Shown here one piece after another: positions 1-8,871 of a stretch of 64,000 nucleotides of DNA (within the stretch, counting starts at the first letter, position 1; every line of letters starts with the position of its first letter). Origin of the DNA: Verrucomicrobiota bacterium (GTDB lineage: Bacteria; Verrucomicrobiota; Verrucomicrobiia; Methylacidiphilales; Verrucolacustridaceae); assembly GCA_049324635.1 (NCBI GenBank), contig JBMONL010000035.1, forward strand, positions 20,584 to 84,583. Direction: 5' to 3'. The notes beneath the pieces were generated by a model. The model saw nothing but the letters and a program-made list of their open reading frames with translations, was not told where the DNA came from and did not search any database. A program made the position numbers and the translations under genes.

Positions 1-863
1 ACAATTTCGTGTCCGTCTTTATCCAGCGCGCCGCGCCGCAACGCCGGGCCCAATGAGATGCTGGCAATTTGCTCTAAAAGAATCGGGCGTCCTTGATCGT
101 ATCCGACGGGAATTTTTTTAAGATCATCCACTTTTTTCACAAGCGCCAATCCGCGCACGGTGTATTCGCGCCCGTTGACCTCCATATTGCCGCCGCCGAC
201 ATTTTGATTGCTCATGGTTACGGCTTGGAGAACTTCGCGCAATTTTAATTGATGCGCGCGTAGTTGATTGGGATTAACGTCGATTTGATACTGCCGCACA
301 AAACCGCCGATGCCGGCCACTTCCGCCACGCCCGGCACGGAGTTGAGTTGATAGCGCACAAACCAATCTTGCAAACTGCGCAGTTCGCCCAAGTCAAGAG
401 GCTTTCCCATCGCGCGCGCTTGCGAATCATCGAGATAATATTGATAAATCCAACCCAAACTCGTTGCGTCGGGGCCCAGCGACGGCGTCACATCTTCCGG
501 AAGCGCAAACGGCAACGAATTCAATCGCTCCAGCACTCGCGCGCGCGCAAAATAAATATCCACTTTGTCCTCAAAAACAATCGTGAGCATGCTGAATCCA
601 AACGCCGATTGCGCGCGCACTTCGCGTACGCCTGCCAAGCCTTGCATACTCGCCGAGAGTGGATAGGTGATTTGATCTTCCACTTCCTGCGCCGAACGTC
701 CTTCCCACTCAGTGAAAACAATGACTTGATTTTCGCTCAAATCGGGAATCGCATCGATCGGCGTTTGATAAATTGAATAAATTCCAAGTCCGCAAACAAT
801 CAAATAAATCGCCAGCACCAATCCGCGATTTTTCAAACACCACTCAATGATCTTGGAAATCAT
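1..863 (-). CDS. cusA: CusA/CzcA-family heavy-metal efflux RND permease, N-terminal ~287 codons (gene runs off the window start)
   Basis: Not in the ORF track because it has no stop in the window. Hand translation of the minus strand from the ATG at 863-861 gives MISKIIEWCLKNRGLVLAIYLIVCGLGIYSIYQTPIDAIPDLSENQVIVFTEWEGRSAQEVEDQITYPL..., a typical CusA/CzcA N-terminus. The frame stays open to position 1. Confidence 0.9.
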   Translation of the reverse strand, partial: MISKIIEWCLKNRGLVLAIYLIVCGLGIYSIYQTPIDAIPDLSENQVIVFTEWEGRSAQEVEDQITYPLSASMQGLAGVREVRAQSAFGFSMLTIVFEDKVDIYFARARVLERLNSLPFALPEDVTPSLGPDATSLGWIYQYYLDDSQARAMGKPLDLGELRSLQDWFVRYQLNSVPGVAEVAGIGGFVRQYQIDVNPNQLRAHQLKLREVLQAVTMSNQNVGGGNMEVNGREYTVRGLALVKKVDDLKKIPVGYDQGRPILLEQIASISLGPALRRGALDKDGHEI

Positions 864-955
864 ATACGGAAATCTATTAGATTTTTGATAAGACCTTTAA
901 AAATTTTGACAACTTCCAATAAGTTTCAAAAAAAAATGACCATGACTGAATCATA

Positions 956-2227
956 TCAATGTTGATGTGCCGACGTTCCCAATCCTTTGAGTTGAGCTTC
1001 TGCGTCGATGAGAAATGCGCCATTCACAACAACGTTTTCATTTTCTTGCAATCCTGAAGTCACTGTAACATATCGTTCGGAGTCTTCTTCGATATTTCCT
1101 TCCATCGAAGTTTGAATTTCTCTTTGCTCGTAAGCGGATGGAGCGATTTCGACATAAACAATTTTGCGCATGCCTGTATCAATCACCGCAGAAAGCGGAA
1201 TTACAAGCGCATCGTTTTCTTCCATCTCCACGCGCGCGACAGAGGACATCATCGGCAAAAGTTTGTTTCCTGCATTCATCACCTCAAAACGCGCTTTCAT
1301 GCTACGTTTCACCGGATCCACTCCGCGATCCAAATAAACCAATTTTCCATGAAATGCTTGTTCCGGATTTGCCTGAGAATAAATCATCGCGTGTTGCCCC
1401 ACTTTCAGCGCGGAAATATCTTTTTCATACACGTCGGCGATCAACCAAACTTTTTCGATCGGCGAGATGGAGAAAAGCATTTTGTCTTTTTCAAATCGCT
1501 CGCCGACTTTGGGTAACCCGCCCACAATCGATCCGTTCACCGGCGCGCGAATGACAAAATCGCTCATCACTTTACGATCTTCGGTCAACGCTTCCAAATC
1601 CGCATCGCTCATTCCAGTGTGTTGCAATCGGCTCTTGACCGCATTCAAGCGCGCTGTCAAGACATCGCGCTCGTAAAACGTCGAGAGCCATCGTTCGCGC
1701 AAAATTTCCAAATAAGCTTCCTGATCCGCCAATGCCTCCTCGGAAAACACCTCAAAAAGCGGCTCGCCTTTTTTAACTTCCGTCGTGTTGGAATCTACCA
1801 ATAATTTCTGAACGCGTCCGCCGTAATACCACGTGTAAACGACGGCGTTGTCTTGAATCGGCGCAATTTCTCCGAAAAATTCTATTTTTCTCGTCATTGA
1901 GCTTCGTCGCACTGCAGTCGCTCGAATACTGCTCACCGAATTTTGCGCGGAGGTGAGGTGAACGACGATTCCCTTGGATTCAGAAGCGCTCTCATGTTTT
2001 TTGTGAGAGGAATCTGCAGGCGCTTCTTGGACAGGAATCAAATCCATGCCGCAAAAAGGACATCGCCCCGGCTCTTCTTGTCGCACTTGCGGGTGCATCG
2101 AGCATGTATAAAGCGTTTTCTTTTGTTCTATTTTTGGAGCCGAAGTTTTTTGCTGATGTTCGTTGTGTTGTTGAGAACACGCCATAAGCGCGAAGGAAAT
2201 CAAAAACAAAAGCGCGATTTTTTTCAT
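956..2227 (-). CDS. cusB: CusB-like RND periplasmic adaptor (membrane fusion protein) with N-terminal heavy-metal-binding Cys motif
   Basis: 423-aa ORF with a lipoprotein-like signal (ALMAC). It carries the YTCSMHPQV...CPFCGMDL metal-binding motif and an HlyD/MFP-like body. It lies directly upstream of cusA. Confidence 0.85.
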   Translation of the reverse strand: MKKIALLFLISFALMACSQQHNEHQQKTSAPKIEQKKTLYTCSMHPQVRQEEPGRCPFCGMDLIPVQEAPADSSHKKHESASESKGIVVHLTSAQNSVSSIRATAVRRSSMTRKIEFFGEIAPIQDNAVVYTWYYGGRVQKLLVDSNTTEVKKGEPLFEVFSEEALADQEAYLEILRERWLSTFYERDVLTARLNAVKSRLQHTGMSDADLEALTEDRKVMSDFVIRAPVNGSIVGGLPKVGERFEKDKMLFSISPIEKVWLIADVYEKDISALKVGQHAMIYSQANPEQAFHGKLVYLDRGVDPVKRSMKARFEVMNAGNKLLPMMSSVARVEMEENDALVIPLSAVIDTGMRKIVYVEIAPSAYEQREIQTSMEGNIEEDSERYVTVTSGLQENENVVVNGAFLIDAEAQLKGLGTSAHQH

Positions 2228-2230
2228 AAA

Positions 2231-2884
2231 CTAAAATGCAAATTGCAACATCGTGCCTACGACCGGACCGTCACGATGCATTCCATCCGCCATCCATACA
2301 CTTTGCCACATACCGTATATCTCTATCATGCAAGATGGAAGAATCTCATAGTTTATTCCACCATAAAAGCGATTTTCGGAAAGAAATTCTTCCTCGATGT
2401 CATAAAACCATTCGTCGGCGATAAAGGGGCGAATACGTTGTAGCCATGCGTTATCGTATTCCACGCGCGTGAGTTGACGAAACATCCACGTAAATTGATC
2501 TTCGAGCGAGCCGAATTGAAAACGTTGCCGGCTCGAAAATTTCCACTCTTTGACTGGTAATTTTACCGTTCCCGCCAGAATTGCTTCGTGCCAAGAATGA
2601 TTATCCTGCGCCTCGTGCATCTCCGTCCACATGTAACCAACGGCAAAATCATACCGCGGCGAATAATGCCACACCAAACTCGGCTCAAGAAAGAATTCCT
2701 TCCACGTGGGCTCGTCATCCTGCCACTTATTTTCGTATTCAACCATTGCTTCCAGTGCGTAATCCAAGCGCTGTCCCAAATTCAATGTCAGCCAGTTTTG
2801 AAAAGGTTGCTCCGCATGCGCCAAAAACGAAAAAAAACACACCCACAATACGGCAATGAACTTTTCCCCATTCATTTCCGACAA
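2231..2884 (-). CDS. Putative small outer-membrane beta-barrel protein (DUF2490-like?)
   Basis: 217-aa ORF with an N-terminal signal peptide (FLAHA-EQ). It is rich in aromatic residues in a beta-strand-like alternation and ends in the aromatic ...MLQFAF, as OMPs do. It sits 3 nt from the cusB start. The family assignment is from memory only. Confidence 0.45.
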   Translation of the reverse strand: MSEMNGEKFIAVLWVCFFSFLAHAEQPFQNWLTLNLGQRLDYALEAMVEYENKWQDDEPTWKEFFLEPSLVWHYSPRYDFAVGYMWTEMHEAQDNHSWHEAILAGTVKLPVKEWKFSSRQRFQFGSLEDQFTWMFRQLTRVEYDNAWLQRIRPFIADEWFYDIEEEFLSENRFYGGINYEILPSCMIEIYGMWQSVWMADGMHRDGPVVGTMLQFAF

Positions 2885-2906
2885 TTTAGGTTAATCTTAG
2901 AGCGAG

Positions 2907-3617
2907 TCAATACGCCCTAATTGCGTGAAAAAGCATCAATAACCCCAGCAACGTTACCAAAGCCGAACTTAAAATCGGTAGCCATTGTGACCATTTTTCG
3001 ATTCCAAGTTTGGACTGGAATAAATCGATGCCCTTGCAAACTGCAATTCCAATTCCCACCAGCGTTAGCGCCAATCCTAAACTAAAAATCACCACCGTAA
3101 TCACGCCCAACGTTGCCTGTCCCGTGCCCACCGAGAGCACAAAAATCGCCAACGCCGGAGGGCAGGGGATCAAACCTCCCGCCATGCCAAATGAAATTAG
3201 TTGCTTCGCGGAAAGACGTTCGCCGGTTGCGGGCAAAGGCACATGATGATGCGAGTGATGATGATTGTGCTCGATGCCGCGTTCGTGATCGCGCGCATGT
3301 CGCCATCCATGAATTCTCGATTGCAGAAGCCAGCCTCCCATCAGAAAAACCAATATCGCGCTGACCAACTCCAAAGAATGTTGAATTTTTTCGAGCGGAA
3401 AAAAATCATGCGCCACGAGAACTCCCAGCGCCAATAAGAAAATCACTATCGTATGCGTGAGCGTAATCGTCAGACCCAACCACAACGCGTCGCTTGCTTT
3501 ACCTTTGATGCTGATGAGATACGAAGCCATCACCGTTTTGCTATGCCCCGGCTCCAGCGCGTGCAACATCCCCAAAACAAATGCCGTCGGCAGATAAATC
3601 CAAGAAAGCGTTTCCAT
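2907..3617 (-). CDS. rcnA: RcnA-type Ni/Co efflux permease (NicO family) with His-rich loop
   Basis: 236 aa. GMLHALEPGHSKTVMASYLISIKG and GGLIPCPPALAIFVL match the E. coli RcnA signature motifs. The central loop is His-rich (HARDHERGIEHNHHHSHHH). Confidence 0.85.
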   Translation of the reverse strand: METLSWIYLPTAFVLGMLHALEPGHSKTVMASYLISIKGKASDALWLGLTITLTHTIVIFLLALGVLVAHDFFPLEKIQHSLELVSAILVFLMGGWLLQSRIHGWRHARDHERGIEHNHHHSHHHVPLPATGERLSAKQLISFGMAGGLIPCPPALAIFVLSVGTGQATLGVITVVIFSLGLALTLVGIGIAVCKGIDLFQSKLGIEKWSQWLPILSSALVTLLGLLMLFHAIRAY

Positions 3618-3683
3618 CTTTTGATTATATTCGCAAAAGAAAAGAATTGCCTAGGCGTTTTTTCAGTGAAAACATAATCCTTT

Positions 3684-4280
3684 ATGAAAAATATCTATTT
3701 TATTTTCTTAACTTTATTTTTTTTAACAAACGCATGGGCGCAAAAAGCGCCTTTTATCATGGCGGATGAATACAGCGTAGAAATGATTTCTCAAGCGCAA
3801 GGGAAACAAATGCGCAATAAAATGTTTGTCGCGCCGCAAAAAGTCCGCGTGGAATCCAACGTGGAAGGGCAACAAATGATTATGATTTCGCGCGTGGATC
3901 GCCATGTCGCCTATCACGTCATGCCCGCTCAAGGCATGTATATGGAAATGGCTTTGCCCAAAGAAGCGATGCGGCAAACCGGCAAAGTTCCCGACGATGC
4001 CGTTTGGAAGCATATCGGTTCGGAAAAAATCAACGGGCAGGATTGCGATAAATATGAGGTTGTTTTTGCGGAAGCGGGAAAAAATTTCAAAACTTTTTAT
4101 TGGATCGGCAAGGATTCGCATTACCCGGTTAGGCTCTCCTCCGAAGGTTATGTCACTGATTGGGTCAATTTCAAACCCGCCACGCAACCCAATCATTTAT
4201 TCGAACCGCCCCCCGGCATGAAAAAAATGTCCATGGGAAATATGATGAATATGATGCAACAAGGCATGGATAATCATTAG
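3684..4280 (+). CDS. Secreted protein of unknown function with Met-rich C-terminal tail (possibly LolA-like/DUF4412)
   Basis: 198 aa with a signal peptide (LTNAWA-QK). The C-terminus is PPPGMKKMSMGNMMNMMQQGMDNH, with 8 Met in the 17 residues MKKMSMGNMMNMMQQGM. It is divergent from the metal-efflux cluster. Confidence 0.6.
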   Translation: MKNIYFIFLTLFFLTNAWAQKAPFIMADEYSVEMISQAQGKQMRNKMFVAPQKVRVESNVEGQQMIMISRVDRHVAYHVMPAQGMYMEMALPKEAMRQTGKVPDDAVWKHIGSEKINGQDCDKYEVVFAEAGKNFKTFYWIGKDSHYPVRLSSEGYVTDWVNFKPATQPNHLFEPPPGMKKMSMGNMMNMMQQGMDNH

Positions 4281-4289
4281 GAGAAAATT

Positions 4290-5540
4290 ATGTCAACCAC
4301 TACACAACCCAGCGTGCCGCCGCCGCTCGTTTCGCGCGGCAAAGAAAAATCTTCGTCCGGACGCATCGTCATGATTATTCTCGGAATTCTCATCGGAGGC
4401 TTCGTATGCTTGATCGGATTGGGTCTCATTGGCGCCGGCGTCTATTTCGCTGTGCAAAAAAGCGGCAATTCTACCTCCGAAATGTCCAAAAATGCTTTCG
4501 ATTATCCCTCTTGGCGCAACTTAATGATGGCGGGATCAAGAAATCCAGCATCCATGTTTGACAAGGAAAGCGAACCTCAGAAAAAAATCGGATTTTTCGC
4601 CAAGTGGATGAATCTGCCCAATGATTCGGCCATTCAATCGGTCTTGAAAAATCAACTTCCCGAAGGCGTGAAATTAAAAAGCTTCGAGCCTGTCTCCTTC
4701 GAAAAATCCGACGACGAAATCGCCGTTACGTATGCCGTCAAATTGCAATGCCGCCAGCCGCTTTTTGTCATCAATGCCGCTTCTTTTGTTCCAGAAAACA
4801 AAAAAGACGCGCGCCTGCAACGCATCGCAAAATATCTCATTCTAACCAACGATTTGCCCGCGGGATATGCCTATGTGGATGATTCGGAAAAACTCGTCGT
4901 TCCCGAAGGCAAAACCATCGAGTTGGATTGGCGCATCAAACGCGCAACCAAAACCGATGGAACGTGGCACATTCTCAGCGCCGAACCTTTGATGTTTCAA
5001 AAAAATGCCGCTTTCGAGTCTAGATGGATCAAGGAAACTTCTTCGCCCGCTTTTATTCGCTCTGGCGATGATTTGGAACTCGCCGCTTCCAAAAAAGAAG
5101 CCGCTTTGAATGAACTCAATTCCAAAATCGGACAAATTAAAATGCAAGTGGATCAATTTCGCGATCAAGCCATGTCCGACGTGCCGGGTGCTCCTCGCGA
5201 TCGCAAAGGCGGTTCCGGTAGCGGCACTCCAACGAAAGCCGGCATGGGGGCTTTGGCTGGAGCAGGCGCGGGCGCGGGACTCGGCGCCGCCGCAGGAGGC
5301 GGAGACGGCGCGGCAATCGGCGCAGGTGCGGGTGCTGTAGCGGGACTCATCGGAGGTTATTTGTGGGGACGTTCCGACGAAGAAGACGAGCTTCAAAAGA
5401 AACGCGCCGCTCGCAATCGCGCCAAACGTGACGCCCAACGCCGCGTGGACGCTTTCGAATCCCAGCTCTGGGCCGAACTCGAACAAGACCTCGCCTTCAA
5501 AGCCAAAGAGCACAACGCGCATCTAGAAGCGGGACTCTAA
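4290..5540 (+). CDS. Membrane-anchored hypothetical protein with coiled-coil and glycine-zipper segment
   Basis: 416 aa with an N-terminal TM helix (IVMIILGILIGGFVCLIGLGLIGAGVYF). It has a Gly/Ala zipper (GALAGAGAGAGLGAAAGGGDGAAIGAGAGAVAGLIGGYLWG) and a charged helical C-terminus. It starts 9 nt after the previous gene. Confidence 0.6.
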   Translation: MSTTTQPSVPPPLVSRGKEKSSSGRIVMIILGILIGGFVCLIGLGLIGAGVYFAVQKSGNSTSEMSKNAFDYPSWRNLMMAGSRNPASMFDKESEPQKKIGFFAKWMNLPNDSAIQSVLKNQLPEGVKLKSFEPVSFEKSDDEIAVTYAVKLQCRQPLFVINAASFVPENKKDARLQRIAKYLILTNDLPAGYAYVDDSEKLVVPEGKTIELDWRIKRATKTDGTWHILSAEPLMFQKNAAFESRWIKETSSPAFIRSGDDLELAASKKEAALNELNSKIGQIKMQVDQFRDQAMSDVPGAPRDRKGGSGSGTPTKAGMGALAGAGAGAGLGAAAGGGDGAAIGAGAGAVAGLIGGYLWGRSDEEDELQKKRAARNRAKRDAQRRVDAFESQLWAELEQDLAFKAKEHNAHLEAGL

Positions 5541-6928
5541 CCGGTTAATGCTTTGATTAATTTTTGATGAATATTGTCGAATCCGCCGTTGGAAAAGACG
5601 GCCACGACGTCGCCTTTTTTGAGTTGAGGAACGAGTTTTTGAACAATCGCGTCTGCGGTAGGTTCATAATAAGCGGGTTTTCCTGCCGTCTTGATATCCG
5701 CGATGACTTTTTCCGGATTCAATCTTTGATTTTCCGGCAATTGTTCCAATCGCGCCACTTGGCTCACAAAAACACCGTCTGCCAAGGCAAGCGCGGCGGG
5801 CAATTCCTTTTGAAAAACATTTCTGCGCGTCGTATTCGATCGCGGCTCGAATAACGCCCAGATTTTTACGCCGGAAAATTTTGCGCGCAAGGCTGTCATC
5901 GTCTCGCGCAAGGCAGTCGGATGATGTCCGAAATCGTCCACAATTGTAATGCCTTTCACTTCCGCGCGAATTTCCATACGACGTTTGATGCCTTTGAAAT
6001 TTTTCAGCGCCTCTGCGACTTTTTCGAGCGGAATCTGATAAAAATGCGCCGCGGCGATGGCCATCGCCGCATTGGCGATATTATGTTTCCCGAAAAGCGG
6101 CAGAAAAAAATCTTTTCCTAAGAAATGAAAATGCGAACCGGAAGCATCCATTCGATGTTGCGTAACACGCACGGCCGCGTTTTCCGAAAATCCGACTTCC
6201 AGAATTTGCGATTGAGCATTGGCGGCGACTTCGCGCGCGTTGGCATCGTCTGCATTGATGAGCAACATGCCGTCGCGCGGAATAATATTCACCAATTGCC
6301 GGAAAGAATTTTTGATGGCGTCCAGCGACGCATAAATATCCGCGTGATCAAATTCAATGTTGTTGATGATCACTAATTCCGGCAGGTAATGCAAAAATTT
6401 ACTTCGTTTGTCGAAAAACGCGGTGTCGTATTCATCGCCTTCTAAAATCCAATAATGTCCGGCTTGCCGTCGACATCCTTGATTGAAATTTAATGGAATG
6501 CCTCCAATCAAGTAACTTGGTTTTAATTCCGCATGTTCAAAAATCCATGCCAATAGAGAAGTTGTCGTCGTTTTTCCGTGGGTGCCGGTGACGACTAAAT
6601 TGTGCGTCTTGCGCAAAAAAAATGTTTTGAGCGTTTCAGGAAGCGACAAATAATAAAATCGCTCGTCCAAAACTTCTTCCAATTCCAAATTCCCGCGCGA
6701 AATGGCATTGCCCACCACCACCAAATCCGGTTTGAGCGCCAAATTTTCCGGCGAATATCCCGCCTGCAATACAATGTCTTTTTCCTGCAAAAACGTGGAC
6801 ATCGGCGGATAAACATTTTCATCCGAACCGCTCACATCGTAGCCGTCATCCTTCATCATCGCGGCAACCGCGCCCATCGCCGTCCCGCAAATTCCCATAA
6901 AATGTACTTTGCGAATGTCAGCATTCAT
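5537..6928 (-). CDS. mpl: UDP-N-acetylmuramate:L-Ala-gamma-D-Glu-meso-DAP ligase (murein peptide ligase)
   Basis: Mur ligase motifs are present: HFMGICGTAMG and VVTGTHGKTTTTSL. I place the start at MNADIRKVH (ATG complement of 6926-6928). The 67-codon extension in the ORF track runs through a palindromic repeat. Confidence 0.85.
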   Translation of the reverse strand: MNADIRKVHFMGICGTAMGAVAAMMKDDGYDVSGSDENVYPPMSTFLQEKDIVLQAGYSPENLALKPDLVVVGNAISRGNLELEEVLDERFYYLSLPETLKTFFLRKTHNLVVTGTHGKTTTTSLLAWIFEHAELKPSYLIGGIPLNFNQGCRRQAGHYWILEGDEYDTAFFDKRSKFLHYLPELVIINNIEFDHADIYASLDAIKNSFRQLVNIIPRDGMLLINADDANAREVAANAQSQILEVGFSENAAVRVTQHRMDASGSHFHFLGKDFFLPLFGKHNIANAAMAIAAAHFYQIPLEKVAEALKNFKGIKRRMEIRAEVKGITIVDDFGHHPTALRETMTALRAKFSGVKIWALFEPRSNTTRRNVFQKELPAALALADGVFVSQVARLEQLPENQRLNPEKVIADIKTAGKPAYYEPTADAIVQKLVPQLKKGDVVAVFSNGGFDNIHQKLIKALTG

Positions 6929-6940
6929 ATTGAAAATAAT

Positions 6941-7047
6941 TTTTTGACAGAATGAACAAAATTTACTCTGCACCCTTTTACCCCTTTCAAGGGAAAGGGG
7001 GTACGGAGTAATTTTGCAGACATTCTGTTCATTCTGTCTAAAAAAAA
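6941..7047. repeat. Long palindromic intergenic element, copy 1 (T6...A8-flanked)
   Basis: TTTTTTGACAGAATGAACAAAATTTACTCTGCACCCTTTTACCCCTTTC-aa-GGGAAAGGGGGTACGGAGTAATTTTGCAGACATTCTGTTCATTCTGTCTAAAAAAAA. The arms are imperfect reverse complements. It shares GACAGAAT.AACA, CCCTTTTACCC and GGGAAAGGGGTACGGAGTAAT blocks with 50251-50446. Confidence 0.8.
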
Positions 7048-7049
7048 CT

Positions 7050-8495
7050 TTACACCACAGGTTTTTGTTTCCACCAATCGTGCGCTTGCTCGTACTGATG
7101 AGCCGCGCGCAGAAGAGTCGGCTCGCCAAAATGCGATCCGATGAGTTGGAGCCCGATAGGGAGTTTCGTTTGCGCCGTAAAACCGCACGGCAACGAAATC
7201 GCGCACACTTCCGCCAGATTCACCGCAATCGTGAAAATATCCGCCAAGTACATCTGCAACGGGTCGTCGGTTTTTTCTCCAATCTTAAACGCCGGCGTCG
7301 GCGAAGTCGGCGTCAAAATCACGTCGCATTTTTTAAACGCTTCGACAAAATCCTGCCGCAACAACTGCCGCACTTTTTGCGCGCGATTGTAGTACGCGTC
7401 GTAATATCCCGAACTGAGCACGTACGTACCCAGAATAATTCTGCGCTTCACCTCGGAGCCAAATCCGTTTGCGCGCGTGCGTTTGTACAAATCCAGAATA
7501 TCTTTTGCGTCGTTCACGCGCGCGCCGTAGCGAATGCCGTCAAATCGCGCCAGATTCGCCGAAGCCTCCGCCGTTGCAATAATGTAATACGTTGCAATCG
7601 CCGCGTGCGTGTGCGGCAAAGAAATCTCCACCAATTCCGCGCCGTTTTGTTTGAACCATTGCACGGCAGAACTGATAGCTTTCGAAACCTCTGCGTCCAT
7701 GCCCGGCGCCTCGTATTCTTTTGGAAAACCGATTTTGAGTCCCTTGACGTTTTTTTTCAAATCCGCGGTGTAATCCGGCACAGGCACATTCCTGCTGGTA
7801 TTTTCCATCGCGTCATAACCCGCAATCACATTCAAAATCATCGCCGCGTCTTCCACAGTCTGCGCAATCGGTCCAATTTGATCCAGCGACGACGCAAACG
7901 CCACCAAGCCGTATCGTGAAACTCTGCCATACGTCGGTTTCAATCCCACGCATCCGCACAACGCCGCAGGCTGACGAATCGATCCGCCCGTATCCGACCC
8001 CAATGCCGCCACGGCACTCCCCGAAGCCACTGCCGCCGCCGAACCGCCGCTACTGCCTCCGGGAATTCGCTTCAAATCCCACGGATTTTTAGTCAATGCC
8101 AAAGCTGAATTTTCCGTGGACGACCCCATTGCAAACTCATCCATATTCGTCTGCCCAAGAATAATTGCGCCAGCTTTTTTGAGTTTCGCAATCACCGTGG
8201 CATCGTACGGCGCGGTATAACCTTTCAAAATTTTCGAAGCGCACGCGCACGGTTGCCCCTTGATATTCATGTTGTCCTTGATCGCGATCGGCACTCCGCC
8301 CAGAGGCAACTTCACATCGGCTTTTTCCGCCTGCTCCAAAGCCATTTTTTCATCCACGCGCAAATAAGCGCTAATTTTTCCATCGATGGCTTGAATGCGA
8401 TCCAAGACCGTCTTCACAGCCTCCTTGGGCGAAATTTTTTTCGAAGAAAGTTCGCGGCGTAATTCTGCAAGAGTGACCATATTTTTATTCCACAA
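7050..8495 (-). CDS. gatA: Glutamyl-tRNA(Gln) amidotransferase subunit A
   Basis: 481 aa with the amidase signature GGSSGGSAAAVA. It overlaps the gatC stop by 11 nt. Confidence 0.95.
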   Translation of the reverse strand: MWNKNMVTLAELRRELSSKKISPKEAVKTVLDRIQAIDGKISAYLRVDEKMALEQAEKADVKLPLGGVPIAIKDNMNIKGQPCACASKILKGYTAPYDATVIAKLKKAGAIILGQTNMDEFAMGSSTENSALALTKNPWDLKRIPGGSSGGSAAAVASGSAVAALGSDTGGSIRQPAALCGCVGLKPTYGRVSRYGLVAFASSLDQIGPIAQTVEDAAMILNVIAGYDAMENTSRNVPVPDYTADLKKNVKGLKIGFPKEYEAPGMDAEVSKAISSAVQWFKQNGAELVEISLPHTHAAIATYYIIATAEASANLARFDGIRYGARVNDAKDILDLYKRTRANGFGSEVKRRIILGTYVLSSGYYDAYYNRAQKVRQLLRQDFVEAFKKCDVILTPTSPTPAFKIGEKTDDPLQMYLADIFTIAVNLAEVCAISLPCGFTAQTKLPIGLQLIGSHFGEPTLLRAAHQYEQAHDWWKQKPVV

Positions 8496-8775
8496 TCTTC
8501 GGGGTTGAAATCAAATCGTTCGCCCTCGCGGGGGCATTCAAAAGCGCGTCTTCGCGGCTCAAGCTCTCGCTCAATTTATCCAAACGCAGGGCATTGGTCG
8601 GTAAATTCGGATCAATCGCGTGATCCGGCACCTTGCTCACATCCACCTGCTGAATCTGCCTCACATAATCCAAAATATCCCCCAATTGCTTCTGAAATTT
8701 TGCCGTCTCCTCCGGCGACAACTGCAATCGCGCCAAATCCGCCACATACCCCACATCAATCATATCCGTTTGCAT
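8485..8775 (-). CDS. gatC: Glutamyl-tRNA(Gln) amidotransferase subunit C
   Basis: 96 aa with typical GatC length and sequence (VGYVADLARLQLSPEE...). It lies directly upstream of gatA. Confidence 0.9.
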   Translation of the reverse strand: MQTDMIDVGYVADLARLQLSPEETAKFQKQLGDILDYVRQIQQVDVSKVPDHAIDPNLPTNALRLDKLSESLSREDALLNAPARANDLISTPKIVE

Positions 8776-8804
8776 CCTTCTGTAATAGCGCAGAGGATTT
8801 AGGG

Positions 8805-8855
8805 GTCAACTCTTCAAAATTTCAAAATATGATTTTGAAATTTTGAAGAGTTGAC
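8805..8855. repeat. Perfect 24-bp-arm palindrome (3-nt centre) between cysK stop and gatC start
   Basis: GTCAACTCTTCAAAATTTCAAAAT-atg-ATTTTGAAATTTTGAAGAGTTGAC. I checked the arms base by base. Confidence 0.9.
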
Positions 8856-8871
8856 TCCACTTTTTTTCATT

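Noticed and set aside
6929-7129. 67-codon N-terminal extension of mpl in the ORF track.
   Set aside because: The extension is translated from the palindromic intergenic element and overlaps the gatA 3' end. The conserved Mur-ligase N-terminus starts at MNADIRKVHFMGICG.
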